Assembly (NCBI GenBank): GCA_964646765.1
Contig: CAZYIA010000003.1
Location: 130,815 to 194,814 of the forward strand
Direction: 5' to 3'
DNA length: 64,000 bases
Origin: an uncultured Candidatus Saccharibacteria bacterium
GTDB lineage: Bacteria > Patescibacteriota > Minisyncoccia > Phycocordibacterales > UBA9973
In this document: positions 19,007 to 29,480 of the stretch, piece by piece
Numbering within the stretch: position 1 is the stretch's first letter
How the letters are laid out: each line of letters begins with the position of its first letter
The notes under the pieces: generated by a model
Seen by the model: the letters and a program-made list of their open reading frames with translations, nothing else
What the model was told of the DNA's origin: nothing
Database searches by the model: none
Program-made: the position numbers and the translations under genes

Positions 19007-19585
19007 TTATGCCCGTTCGACGTAGTCACCACTTTCGGTATTTACTACGATTTTATCGCCAGCTTCAACGAACAGGGGAGCGTTTACAGTTGCGCCATTA
19101 TCAAGCGTAACAACTTTGTTACCACCAGTACGAGTATCACCTTTAATTGAAGGCGGAGCTTCTTTAACGGTGAAGGTCATTTTAATTGGCAATTTTACAC
19201 TGATGGTTTTTTCTTCGCCATTGTCGTCCCACACAAGAGCTGTGACGAGTTCGTTTTCTTTAAGGAAACGAGAACTGTCACCGATAAGTTCTACATCAAG
19301 TTTAAAGCGATCCTTTGGATTGTTTGGATCACAGAACCAGTATTCACCACGATTATGGTAGAGGAACTTAACCTCTTTTTTTGTGAGATCAGCTTCATCT
19401 GCTGAATCAGCAGCATGGAATGTTGCAGCAAATGTTTTGCCGGTGATCAAACTTTTAAGCTTTGTTTGGTTCTGTGGCTTGCGCTGCTGGGTACGGGCAA
19501 CGTGGGCTTCTACCACTTCACAAGGTTCACCTTCATGAATGATGATTTTCTTTTCGCGGATTTCACTGTAATCAAGCTGTGCCAT
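19007..19585 (-). CDS. efp: Elongation factor P
   Basis: 192 aa with a KOW-like N-terminus and OB-fold C-terminal domains, in an EF-P-typical layout. Confidence 0.8.
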   Translation of the reverse strand: MAQLDYSEIREKKIIIHEGEPCEVVEAHVARTQQRKPQNQTKLKSLITGKTFAATFHAADSADEADLTKKEVKFLYHNRGEYWFCDPNNPKDRFKLDVELIGDSSRFLKENELVTALVWDDNGEEKTISVKLPIKMTFTVKEAPPSIKGDTRTGGNKVVTLDNGATVNAPLFVEAGDKIVVNTESGDYVERA

Positions 19586-19616
19586 AGGGTATGTATCTAC
19601 TTAGACTAATGGGGGA

Positions 19617-19649
19617 GATTCTAACAGAAAAAGGGCTTTTTTCAAGCCC
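19617..19649 (-). terminator. Rho-independent terminator downstream of recA
   Basis: GAAAAAGGGCTTTTTTCAAGCCCTTTTTC stem-loop. Confidence 0.55.
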
Positions 19650-19665
19650 TTTTTCAAAATCAAAC

Positions 19666-20751
19666 TTATTCTCCAGAGCTGCTTGATGGCTGTAGTTCAC
19701 CAAAGCGCTTTCGAACTTCTTTAGTTAACTCATCACGAAGCTTTTTATTTTCACGGACAAAAATGCGTGAAGCGTCATAGCCACGACCGAGTGGCAATTT
19801 TTCACCATCTTTACCTTTATAGCTGTATGAAGAACCGCTTTTTTCTACGATGCCAAGTTTTTCACCAAGGGCGAGGAGTTCACCTTCAAGCGAAATACCT
19901 TCACCATAAATAATGTCGAATTCGGTTTGTTTAAATGGAGCAGCCACTTTGTTCTTCACTACTTTTACGCGCGTGCGACTACCAACAACGTCTTCACCCT
20001 TTTTAATTTGAGCGATGCGACGAATATCGAGACGTACGGAAGCATAAAACTTGAGTGCTTTTCCACCCGGAGTTGTTTCTGGATTACCAAACATTACACC
20101 AATTTGCATGCGAATTTGGTTAATGAAGATTACTACCGTCTTTGAGCGAGCAACGAGGGCGGTAATTTTTCGAAGTGCCTGAGACATGAGGCGAGCTTGG
20201 CGACCAACATGCTGCTGGTCCATGTCGCCTTCGATTTCTGCTTTTGGGGTGAGTGCTGCGACTGAGTCGATAACAACGACATCAATTTTTCCTGAGCGAA
20301 TGAGTGATTCAGCAATATCGAGGGCCTGTTCACCAGTGTCCGGTTGGGAAATGAGGAGGTTATTGATGTTTACACCGAGCTTCCCAGCATAGTCTGGATC
20401 CATCGCATGTTCAGCATCAATATACGCACAAATACCATTCTTCTTTTGAGCTTCTGCCACGATGTGAAGAGCCAGCGTCGTTTTACCTGAAGATTCCGGG
20501 CCAAAAATTTCAATAATACGGCCACGGGGAACGCCACCAACACCAAGTGCCATATCAAGTCCCAAGCTTCCTGTTGGAATGACATTAATGTCCACTTTCG
20601 GCGCATCACCTAATTTCATGATGGCACCTTCGCCGAATTTGGTTTGGATAGAACGAATGGTATCGCGGATATCTTCAATACTACCAGTTGATTCAGTTCT
20701 AATACCGCTTGCTTTTGGTTCTTTTTCTTTCTTTTTTTTCTGCATAGTCAC
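19666..20751 (-). CDS. recA: Recombinase RecA
   Basis: Walker [13 protein letters not shown] and RecA-typical L1/L2 regions. Confidence 0.95.
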   Translation of the reverse strand: MTMQKKKKEKEPKASGIRTESTGSIEDIRDTIRSIQTKFGEGAIMKLGDAPKVDINVIPTGSLGLDMALGVGGVPRGRIIEIFGPESSGKTTLALHIVAEAQKKNGICAYIDAEHAMDPDYAGKLGVNINNLLISQPDTGEQALDIAESLIRSGKIDVVVIDSVAALTPKAEIEGDMDQQHVGRQARLMSQALRKITALVARSKTVVIFINQIRMQIGVMFGNPETTPGGKALKFYASVRLDIRRIAQIKKGEDVVGSRTRVKVVKNKVAAPFKQTEFDIIYGEGISLEGELLALGEKLGIVEKSGSSYSYKGKDGEKLPLGRGYDASRIFVRENKKLRDELTKEVRKRFGELQPSSSSGE

Positions 20752-20797
20752 TTAAAAATACTTATAAAGTTGTAGAACTCTCAGTGGGAGAGTGCCG

Positions 20798-21187
20798 TTA
20801 TAATCCGGAAACGTCTGCCGGTGCCTGCGCGACAGCGGTTGCCGTACTAGGAGTGTAGTACGTTGCGAATGTTTTCTCAACAACGTGCCCAAAGAGATCT
20901 TTTGAGCGTACTGAAACAACATTGTAACCAGGAACAAGAATGAGTGTGTCAGAGAATGCTCCAGAAAGTTCAGTAGGGATCATGCGACCGTTTACTGAAA
21001 GTTCTTTAGCACGTTTTGCTACACCAGTAAGAGTAAGGACACCACTGGATTGTCCGTTAGAGATTCCTTTTAGAGAGAGACCTGCACCAAATACTAAGTC
21101 TTTTGTCCGAAAAAGAGCGTATACGACAACAACCAGGAGTAACATGACTCCAAAGATGCTTCCAATACGACGAACAACAAGTGGCAT
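20798..21187 (-). CDS. Hypothetical small membrane-anchored protein
   Basis: 129 aa with an N-terminal TM helix, lying between ftsK and recA on the same strand. Confidence 0.35.
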   Translation of the reverse strand: MPLVVRRIGSIFGVMLLLVVVVYALFRTKDLVFGAGLSLKGISNGQSSGVLTLTGVAKRAKELSVNGRMIPTELSGAFSDTLILVPGYNVVSVRSKDLFGHVVEKTFATYYTPSTATAVAQAPADVSGL

Positions 21188-21256
21188 ACAGGCTTAACTA
21201 ATGGACATTATATCAAATAAAGGACTAGCGATAAACAAAGAAGAATCTGTGGAGAA

Positions 21257-23467
21257 CTATTGGAATCCAGTGCGATCCTCCGAGACGCTCTTTTCGATGA
21301 CTTCGCGAGGTTTAGCTCCAGAACCAGGGCCAACTACTCCTCGTTCTTCTAATATGTCTATTAATCGGGCTGCTCGAGCATAGCCAATACCAAGCTTTCG
21401 CTGGAGGAATGAGGTAGAGGCTTTCTGAGCTTCAATCACTGTCTGGCGGGCTTCTTCGTAAAGTTCATCATCGGCTTCATCACTATCGCTACCAATAGAA
21501 GCTTCAAAGATTGATTTATCAGCACCGATATTGTTGCCAGAGAGGGAAAGTTCGCCACCAGCATCATCTGAGTGATCAATAATAAACTTCACTACTGATT
21601 TCACTTCATTTTCAGAAATAAAGGCACTCTGGAGACGTTCAGGGGTAGCCATATCACCAGCACTCCAGAGCATGTCACCAGCGCCAAGGAGTTTTTCGGC
21701 TCCACCAGCATCTAATATAGTGCGAGAGTCAATTTGTGAAGCAACCTGAAGCGCTACACGAGCAGGAATGTTTGCCTTAATCAAACCAGTAATAACGTTT
21801 ACGGATGGGCGCTGGGTAGAAAGAATAAGGTGAATACCAACGGCGCGAGACATTTGGGCAAGGCGGACAATAGCGCTCTCAAGCTCACGTGGATAGCTCT
21901 GCATAATATCGGCAAGTTCGTCGATCACGATAACGATGTAGGCAAGTGGGCCAGCTTCTTCCGCTCCTTCCTCACTCTCATTCTTTGATTTACCTTCAAA
22001 GATTCCGTTGTAGCTTTCAATATCGCGTGCTCGTGCTTTTTCGAGCATGTCGTAGCGGCGATCCATTTCTTTTGCCGCCCACTTCAGAGCGAGAATAGCT
22101 TTCTTCGGATCAGTAATAACTGGCGTTAAGAGGTGGGGGATACCATTATAGAGAGTAAGTTCTACGCGCTTTGGGTCAATAAAAATGAAGCGAAGGTCAT
22201 CAGGGCCGTTTCTATAGAGAAGGGACGTAATAACTGAGTGAATGGTCACCGACTTTCCAGAGCCTGTGGCACCAGCAATAAGAGCATGTGGCATCTTGGC
22301 AACGTTTGAAATGATAGCGCCGCCAGAAATGTTACGGCCAAGAGCAACCATCAAACGCTTCTCACTGCCAGAGAATGTTGGATCGCCTAAGAGAGTAGCA
22401 AGACCAACAATAGATTTTGCTTTGTTAGGGATTTCAATACCAACGAGTGATTTACCAGGAATTGGCGCTTCGATACGAATTGGGTGAGCAGCAAGTGCGA
22501 GGGCCAAGTCATTTTGAAGACCAACGATACGTGAGAGCTTCACACCCTCAGCCGGTTTTAAAGCATAGCGGGTAACTGTTGGGCCAACGGTAATTTCATC
22601 CATCTCAACTTCAATGCCGAAGGTCTGAAGTGTGCGCTTAATGATATTAGCGTTTGCTTTGATGTCACCGGTGTTTGGCTTGCCGCGGTCACCAGCTAAA
22701 AGTGAAAGTGGGGGAGCGATGTAGTCAGTGTGGCGACGTTTTGCTTTTTTGGGAGCCGGAGTTTCTTCGAGTTCATCCTCTTCCTCAATGGGTTCTGTTT
22801 CAGGTTCTTCTTTAGTAGTTTCTGGTAGAGGAGTTTTGGTTTCGAGTGCTGCTTCTGCGTTCTCAATATGTTCTGCCTCACGAGCTTCTTTTGCTTTTTC
22901 TTCACGGTCATTTTTCCATGAGGTAAATTTCTCGAACAAGTGTATGAATGGTGTACCGATCAAACTCCAATCAGGCACGGTATTCATAAGTACCATGATG
23001 CCGATCAGTAGAATGCCACCTAAAATAAGAACTGAAGCGAATGGACCAAAAAGTGAAATGAATGGGTACGCGACACCGCGACCAATGAGTCCACCTTGAG
23101 TACCGGTTGCAAGTTGTACTAATGCTAATCCAGAACCCAAAAAGAGAACTGACCCGATTGCGTGAGAGAGCGCAATTTTTGGTCGCTCAGCTTGAATAAA
23201 CGAAGCACCTAAAATGAGGGCAAGTACTGGTAGTAAAAAGTAACCAATACCAAAGAGAGCGGAAAAAATTTTATACAAAAATGCACCACCTGCACCCGCA
23301 CCTTGAAAGGCTGCCAAAATGAGAATGAGAGCGGCGACAAACCAGATAACACCATAAATGCCATGTCGTGCTTCAGACGAGAGAAAACGATCCTCTTTTG
23401 AGGAATCTCTTCGTCGCTTTTCTTTTTTTTCTCCACCCTTTTCTTCCTCTTTTTTTGCCATTGCCAA
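21257..23467 (-). CDS. ftsK: DNA translocase FtsK/SpoIIIE
   Basis: An N-terminal membrane domain, a Pro/Glu-rich linker, Walker A GATGSGKSV, and a C-terminal gamma (winged-helix) domain. Confidence 0.9.
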   Translation of the reverse strand: MAMAKKEEEKGGEKKEKRRRDSSKEDRFLSSEARHGIYGVIWFVAALILILAAFQGAGAGGAFLYKIFSALFGIGYFLLPVLALILGASFIQAERPKIALSHAIGSVLFLGSGLALVQLATGTQGGLIGRGVAYPFISLFGPFASVLILGGILLIGIMVLMNTVPDWSLIGTPFIHLFEKFTSWKNDREEKAKEAREAEHIENAEAALETKTPLPETTKEEPETEPIEEEDELEETPAPKKAKRRHTDYIAPPLSLLAGDRGKPNTGDIKANANIIKRTLQTFGIEVEMDEITVGPTVTRYALKPAEGVKLSRIVGLQNDLALALAAHPIRIEAPIPGKSLVGIEIPNKAKSIVGLATLLGDPTFSGSEKRLMVALGRNISGGAIISNVAKMPHALIAGATGSGKSVTIHSVITSLLYRNGPDDLRFIFIDPKRVELTLYNGIPHLLTPVITDPKKAILALKWAAKEMDRRYDMLEKARARDIESYNGIFEGKSKNESEEGAEEAGPLAYIVIVIDELADIMQSYPRELESAIVRLAQMSRAVGIHLILSTQRPSVNVITGLIKANIPARVALQVASQIDSRTILDAGGAEKLLGAGDMLWSAGDMATPERLQSAFISENEVKSVVKFIIDHSDDAGGELSLSGNNIGADKSIFEASIGSDSDEADDELYEEARQTVIEAQKASTSFLQRKLGIGYARAARLIDILEERGVVGPGSGAKPREVIEKSVSEDRTGFQ

Positions 23468-23674
23468 TCAGATTATGGATACGTTTTTCTCAAATACGAG
23501 CTCTATTTTAGCACATAGAGTTCGTAGAACTTCAAAGAAGGATTTTTTGTATCAAGAGTTAATTGTAGCCACTTGCTCTTAAAAATTTTGTCCTGTATAG
23601 TCCTTTTACTGACCGATAGATTTTCTGTCTTTTTGGAGAAAAAACCTATTGGACAAGGTAAAGGACACCTATAC

Positions 23675-24430
23675 TTTATGGATAAAGACAACTCACTCAA
23701 TCCCTACAACAACCTTTCTCTTTCAAGCCTTTCTAAAAGGACAGGTAAGGTAGTAACTGCCCTTTACCTTGTTACTAATTGTATTGATGACCGTGAATCT
23801 ATGAAGGGTCGTCTTCGAGCCCTCGGGGTTGATCTTGTTTCTCAAGTTTCTTTTGCTGAAAAATCATCATCTTTTGATCGTGGTATTAGTCTCGCTGAGG
23901 CGGCATTAGTACTTTCCGAAATGAGTGTCTTGCTCTCCATCGCTGGATCAGTTTCTCTTATTTCTGAAATGAACGCTTCCGTACTTTTGGGGGCAATTGA
24001 CCGCTTGCGGGAAGCCTTTGAAAAAGGTGGAGCTAACAGCTTCGGACTTCCGGATGTTGATCGTGCCAGTGGCACATTTATGATCACCGAAGATATGCTC
24101 CGTGATGATCCTGAAAAAGAATTACCAGCACCTCATCAGCACACTAAAAATTTTTCTATAAAGGACAAACAGGTTACGCACCACAACGACTCTAAAGGAC
24201 AAAAAAAGACAACCGAAAAAGTTCTTGAAGCAGCTCCATCTCGGACAAATCGTCGTGATGAAATCATCTCAATTGTCCGACAGAAAAAAGAGGTTAGTGT
24301 AAAAGACGTTTGCAGCTTATTTGCTAACTGCAGTGAAAAAACTATCCAACGTGAACTCTTGGCTCTTGTTGCTGAGGGTGTTTTAAAGAAAAGTGGAGAG
24401 AAGCGCTGGAGTCGATATTCTATCCGATAG
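23675..24430 (+). CDS. Hypothetical protein with a C-terminal winged-helix (DeoR-like HTH) domain
   Basis: The C-terminus EIISIVRQKKEVSVKDVCSLF...EKTIQRELLALVAEGVLKK fits a wHTH. The start was moved to ATG 23675; the track ORF starts at 23573. Confidence 0.4.
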   Translation, partial: FMDKDNSLNPYNNLSLSSLSKRTGKVVTALYLVTNCIDDRESMKGRLRALGVDLVSQVSFAEKSSSFDRGISLAEAALVLSEMSVLLSIAGSVSLISEMNASVLLGAIDRLREAFEKGGANSFGLPDVDRASGTFMITEDMLRDDPEKELPAPHQHTKNFSIKDKQVTHHNDSKGQKKTTEKVLEAAPSRTNRRDEIISIVRQKKEVSVKDVCSLFANCSEKTIQRELLALVAEGVLKKSGEKRWSRYSIR

Positions 24431-25217
24431 ATCGTCCTTTAGTGTCTTTATAAAAGACATGTCCAAAGTGCGGGGGAGGATCTTTATTTTGTAATTTTTA
24501 AAGCCTGATTGCGTCTCTATATAGGTAATCTCATGGTGGTGTGTGTCTAAGCGTTAAAATTGCTTTTCGCTCAAAACTGTGCGATTATGGCCGTGTGGGA
24601 AACAACTCTCTAAAAAGCTCGGTCTAACAGCCTGGCTCTTTATTGACTGCTGTTTTCCACATATACCTTTATTTGGTTTTACGACCTTGTGAAGGCTATA
24701 CTATATATTGTACGGAGCGCGCTTCTCTAGTGTCCCGTACAACAGAGCATATTTTTAGCCGAAGTAGACTGATAGGATCTACTCGGCCTTCAAGGTATGT
24801 TCCGGATCGATCATTGAAAATTGCACATTGTTTATTCTGCGGTATCTCGCAGAAACAATTCAGTTTTCTGTTTTATTTTTGTGAAAAATTTTTTACAAAA
24901 ATAAAAGTATGGTCGATCTGTTCTGAATGTCTCCGTCTTGCAGCGTGAACATTCATCACTTCACACAATAAAATGTGTGCAAGTAATCGGCCCTGTCGAC
25001 AAGGCAGATTACTCAAGAGCACGAACAGTGTTCTCGAGTTTCTCAAAAATGTTCGCAAGAACATTTTCTATGTGGTTATCTCTACTCCATTCAAAAGTAG
25101 GGAATGCACGGTATGTGTTGTCGAACACACAAGTAAGTGCATCTTCATAATGGATAGAATGTTTGAGTCAGATCTCAATTACACACTGCTCACTCGTTTC
25201 TATTCACGAATTTTATT

Positions 25218-28200
25218 ATGACTACATTCATTAACTCAAAGGCTCTCAAAGTTGCCCTCGGGTTGGTAGTTGCTCTTGCATTCGTAGCTTCAGCTGCATC
25301 TGCACAGGCATATACCTTCACTCGCACCTTGAAAAAAGGTATGAGTGGTGCTGATGTTAAGGCTGCTCAGCAGATCCTTAACTCAACCCAATACAAAGTG
25401 GCAGCTTCTGGTGTTGGTTCAACTGGTCACGAAACTCTCTACTTCGGTGCAGCTACCGAAGCAGCAGTTAAAGCTTTCCAGGTTGGAAACAACATCGTAG
25501 GACCAGGTGTTGCTGGTTACGGTTGGATTGGCCCTCGCACCCAGCTCGCTCTCAACAACGTTGGTTCAGGTTCAGGTAACCAGGGTGGCAGTAGTAACTG
25601 TCAGCCAGGATGGCTCTTCAACCCTTACACTAACCAGCCTTGTTCTGGTGGTAGTAACGGTGGTCCAGTTGTTGCTGGTGCTGTATCTGCTTCTCTTGCT
25701 ACTGACAACCCAGCTTCTGGATACCTCGCAACTGGTACTGCAAACAACCCAGTTCTCAAGGTTTCAATTGCTAACGGTAGTTCAGCTTCAGTTAACGTAA
25801 CTGGCATTAAACTCACGAAGTCTGGTTTCTACACCAACACTGACGTGACTGGTGTTGCTGCTTACGATGCTGCTGGCGTTCGCCACGGTAACGTTATCTC
25901 TAGTCTCGGTTTCGACGGTTCAGCATTGCTTACATTTAGCTCTGATCCAATCGTTGTTCCAGCTGGATCTTCAACAACTGTTACCTTCCGTATCAACCTT
26001 TCTGGTTCAAACACTGGAACTATCAGCTTCGGCGTCATGAATCCTGCAACGGATATCATGCTCTCTGCTGGTGCTGCTTCTGGTTCAGCTGTTATGGGTA
26101 ACCTCTTCAGTGTTGTTAACGGTGGAACAAACATCGCTTCAGTTACTGTTGACGTACAACCAGTTAACCCAACTGGCGTACAGGTTAACGCTGATGGTAC
26201 TTCAGTTCAGACTATTACTAAGTTCCGTGTTACAAACACAGGTGCTGGTACTGAAGATGCTAAGCTCTTCAAGCTTACTCTTTGGAACAACGGTAATGCT
26301 GCTGATACCGACCTCAAGGACGTTCAGCTCTTTGACCAGACAAATAACCTTCTTGCAACTACTCAGATGAGTAACAAGATGGCAACGTTTGATCTCTCGG
26401 CTGCTCCTTACCTCATCGCTCAGGGCCAGTCTAAGGACTTCACCGTAAAGGCTAAGTTCGTTAACGGTGCATCTCGCACAGTTCAATTTGTAGTCTACAA
26501 TGACTACGATCTTGATGTTCGCGGTGCAACTACCATGGCTTCTGTTCTCCCAACTCACCCAATTGGTTACGACACAACTGTCGGATTCCCAGTTGGTGAC
26601 CAGTCATCAACCTACAACAAGGTTACGATCGGTTCTGGAAGTCTTGTTCTTTCTCGCGCAAGTGACTCACCAGCTACTTCAGTAGTTCCTGGTGCAAGTA
26701 ACATTGTGCTTGCTAAGTACATCGCTCGCCCAGTTGGTGAAAACATGGAAGTACGCGGTATGTCATTCGGTATTGACCAGAGTGCTGGTTCTGCCGTAAA
26801 CCTTACTGGTACTGTATACGTAAAGGTAAACGGTGCTATCGTCTTCAGTGGTGCTGCTTCTGGCTTTGCTAACAACGGTACTGCTGCTGCTCGTTCACTT
26901 TCTTCTTACCCAATATTAACTGCTGGTGTTGATAACGCTATCGAAATTAGCGCAACGCTCAGTTCTTCAGCTGACGCTACTGACGCTTACCAGGTAAAGG
27001 GCTTTGACATCACTTCAGTTAAGCGCCTCATTACTAATGATATCTATGATCCATTGGTAAGTGGACAGGATGGTTTCAACCGTGCTGTTCAGGCTGCTTC
27101 TCTCACTGTAACTACTCTTACGACTCCGGTTGCAACAACCATCGTTCCTGGTGCTGTTGATGCTCCTCTCGCAAGTGTCCAGTTCAACGCAAGTTCTTCT
27201 GGTGAACCAGTTCAGGTTTCTTCACTTGTTGTCACTGACACCAAGGGTACAAACGCTGTATACACTGATGTATACAACCTTGTCATGAAGGATGCTTCTG
27301 GTCAGGTTCTTACAACCACCTCTTCAACGACAACCAACGCTAACACTGTTACGTTTGATTTCACAAATCCGATTATGGTAAACGCAACCACTCCGGTTAC
27401 TGCTTACCTCTACGGTAGTGTTATCTCTGGCGCAACAGCTGGCTCAGGTGCTAACTACGCTCACACCTTCAAGGTAAGCTCAGTTACTGCAACTGGTGCT
27501 ACAACCGGTAACTCAATTGGCTCTCCGAGCTATGTTGGTTCTGGTCAGGCTATGGTTATCAACAGTGGTGGTACTCTCACACTTTCAACTGTTACTGGCG
27601 CAAACGCTACTCCTTCTACTTCACAGCTCGTTTCTGTAGGTCAGATGGACGGTGTTTACCTCGCTGGTCGCTTTACAGCACAGTACGAAGGTCAGAAGAT
27701 TACCTCTCTCACTCTTGAGGCTGCTGGTTCTAACTTGAACTCAAACAACATCAAGAACATCCGTCTCTACGCTCAGAACGGTAGTGGTTCTCTCTCGGCT
27801 GCAACTATGCCGTTTGCAACCATTTCACAGTTCACCTGTGCTGGAAACGTTTGTTCATACACTCTCACCAACAATGACAATGTTCTTCCGATGACGATTA
27901 ACCCGGGTACTCCAGTTACTCTCTTCGTTAAGGCTGACATCGAAGGTGAAGGTGTTGCAAACCTCGGTGATGACTTCTACTTCCGTGTACAAAACGGTGC
28001 AGACGTTGTTGCTAAGGGTGCTTTGAGCCAGGCTGCAACTTCAGAATCTGGTAACTTCAATGACTCTGCAACCGCTAAGTCATTCATCGTTCCATTCTCA
28101 GTTGTAACTTCAGGTTCATACCCTACAGAAGGTTCATCAACAACCACAACGGTTGCTGCTGGTTCAACTCTCGCTCGCTTCAAGGTTTCAAACCTTGGTA

Positions 28201-28613
28201 ACGCGCAGGTTACGCTTACTGACTTCAAAGTAACTGACAGTGGCTCAAACAGCCTCACAGTTGCTGGTGGAGACACGTACGCTCTCTACGCTTCAAACGA
28301 AAACGGTAGCAGCTATCTTGCTAACGCTCTCGGAAACGTAGACCCAGCTGGTGCTGTTTCAAACTGGACTGGTTTGACAACAACCATCAACGGTAACTCA
28401 TTCCGTTACTTCACAGTTGTTCTCAATGACGCTACTGGTGCTGCTTCAGGTGATAACTGGGCATTCTCAGTTGCTGCTCTTGGCGACGTTAAGTACTCGG
28501 CTGACGAAACCAACCTCGGTTACGATGGTAACCAGGACGGTGACCTTGGTGACACTATCAGTGGTCTCTACACTGACGGTAAGCCAACAGTTGGTACAAT
28601 CAACAAGCAATAA
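25218..28613 (+). CDS. Large secreted cell-surface protein with an N-terminal peptidoglycan-binding domain and a long Ser/Thr/Gly/Val-rich beta-repeat region
   Basis: Signal peptide (ALGLVVALAFVASAASAQA); a PG_binding_1-like segment (MSGADVKAAQQILNS...TEAAVKAFQ); and ~1000 aa of low-complexity T/S/G/A/V sequence that produces many shadow ORFs. Confidence 0.6.
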   Translation: MTTFINSKALKVALGLVVALAFVASAASAQAYTFTRTLKKGMSGADVKAAQQILNSTQYKVAASGVGSTGHETLYFGAATEAAVKAFQVGNNIVGPGVAGYGWIGPRTQLALNNVGSGSGNQGGSSNCQPGWLFNPYTNQPCSGGSNGGPVVAGAVSASLATDNPASGYLATGTANNPVLKVSIANGSSASVNVTGIKLTKSGFYTNTDVTGVAAYDAAGVRHGNVISSLGFDGSALLTFSSDPIVVPAGSSTTVTFRINLSGSNTGTISFGVMNPATDIMLSAGAASGSAVMGNLFSVVNGGTNIASVTVDVQPVNPTGVQVNADGTSVQTITKFRVTNTGAGTEDAKLFKLTLWNNGNAADTDLKDVQLFDQTNNLLATTQMSNKMATFDLSAAPYLIAQGQSKDFTVKAKFVNGASRTVQFVVYNDYDLDVRGATTMASVLPTHPIGYDTTVGFPVGDQSSTYNKVTIGSGSLVLSRASDSPATSVVPGASNIVLAKYIARPVGENMEVRGMSFGIDQSAGSAVNLTGTVYVKVNGAIVFSGAASGFANNGTAAARSLSSYPILTAGVDNAIEISATLSSSADATDAYQVKGFDITSVKRLITNDIYDPLVSGQDGFNRAVQAASLTVTTLTTPVATTIVPGAVDAPLASVQFNASSSGEPVQVSSLVVTDTKGTNAVYTDVYNLVMKDASGQVLTTTSSTTTNANTVTFDFTNPIMVNATTPVTAYLYGSVISGATAGSGANYAHTFKVSSVTATGATTGNSIGSPSYVGSGQAMVINSGGTLTLSTVTGANATPSTSQLVSVGQMDGVYLAGRFTAQYEGQKITSLTLEAAGSNLNSNNIKNIRLYAQNGSGSLSAATMPFATISQFTCAGNVCSYTLTNNDNVLPMTINPGTPVTLFVKADIEGEGVANLGDDFYFRVQNGADVVAKGALSQAATSESGNFNDSATAKSFIVPFSVVTSGSYPTEGSSTTTTVAAGSTLARFKVSNLGNAQVTLTDFKVTDSGSNSLTVAGGDTYALYASNENGSSYLANALGNVDPAGAVSNWTGLTTTINGNSFRYFTVVLNDATGAASGDNWAFSVAALGDVKYSADETNLGYDGNQDGDLGDTISGLYTDGKPTVGTINKQ

Positions 28614-28644
28614 TTGTTGAATCGTTAGTAGGTCGTAACCTACT

Positions 28645-28676
28645 CAAAAACACCCCGAAAGGGGTGTTTTTGTTTT
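28645..28676 (+). terminator. Rho-independent terminator after the surface protein gene
   Basis: AAAAACACCCCGAAAGGGGTGTTTTTGTTTT. Confidence 0.7.
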
Positions 28677-28704
28677 GTCTTGAAATGTGTACAATGGAAA
28701 AACT

Positions 28705-29376
28705 ATGCAAAAGAAACAGCTATGGATTATTGGTGGAGCACTTATTATTGTTGCTCTTATTGGGTTTGTGATGTATCGAGGTACTGCGCAAGCGCCAACA
28801 CATATAGGGGATGATGCTTCACAGAATATACAAGAAACCGAAACAGATACTCAAACATCTTCTGTTTCAACTACACCTAAAAAATATGCAACCCTTCAAA
28901 AGGCAGTTGATGCCTCAGTTGCAGTAGTAGATAGCGCTGATTATGCTAAAGCTCAAGTGGTTGTTGAAGGTGCGCTTGCTGAATATCCAAACAGTGGCTC
29001 ACTCAATATTCTGTACTCTACAGTGATGGACAAACTCGGTAATCATGCGAAAGCAGTAGAACTTGCGCACCATGCAGTTGCTGTTGATCCAACTAACTAC
29101 TTAACCTGGCGCTATGAAATTAATCTCACGAAGGCTACCTTTGCCGGGAAGAGTCCAAGTGATCCAGCATACAAAGCGGCAATCAGTTCACTCTATAACC
29201 AAGCTTTGGTGGCGACGCATAATAATATTGAGCTCATTACACCCTACGCAATCTTTCTTGAAGAAGCAGGGGACATTAATGGAGCAATTTATTTGTGGCA
29301 ATCAGCCAAACAAGTAAATCCGCTCGCTGCGCAATCGTACCAGATGCAGATTGATCGTCTCTCGCACACGTCATAG
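28705..29376 (+). CDS. Hypothetical membrane-anchored protein (TPR-like helical repeats)
   Basis: An N-terminal TM helix, then a Thr-rich linker, then alpha-helical repeats. The start was moved to ATG 28705, 9 nt after a TACAAT -10 element. Confidence 0.4.
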   Translation: MQKKQLWIIGGALIIVALIGFVMYRGTAQAPTHIGDDASQNIQETETDTQTSSVSTTPKKYATLQKAVDASVAVVDSADYAKAQVVVEGALAEYPNSGSLNILYSTVMDKLGNHAKAVELAHHAVAVDPTNYLTWRYEINLTKATFAGKSPSDPAYKAAISSLYNQALVATHNNIELITPYAIFLEEAGDINGAIYLWQSAKQVNPLAAQSYQMQIDRLSHTS

Positions 29377-29480
29377 TTTAAGAATCTCCTAAGAAATTAA
29401 CCGTCACAGCTTGTATAAGGGGATCGTTATATTCGGTATACTTAATTTGTCGATTAGTACGATTAAGGTGTTAAAGTGGT

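Noticed and set aside
24643-25221. Short ORFs (63-101 aa) in the 790-nt gap before the surface-protein gene
   Set aside because: They are mutually overlapping and low-complexity, with no start-site signals. They are treated as non-coding.
25507-28620. Numerous 60-120-aa ORFs on both strands inside the surface-protein gene (e.g., 25507..25800, 26071..26370, 26202..26558-)
   Set aside because: They are shadow ORFs created by the low-complexity, codon-biased repeat sequence of the 1131-aa gene, which occupies the same DNA in a convincing frame.
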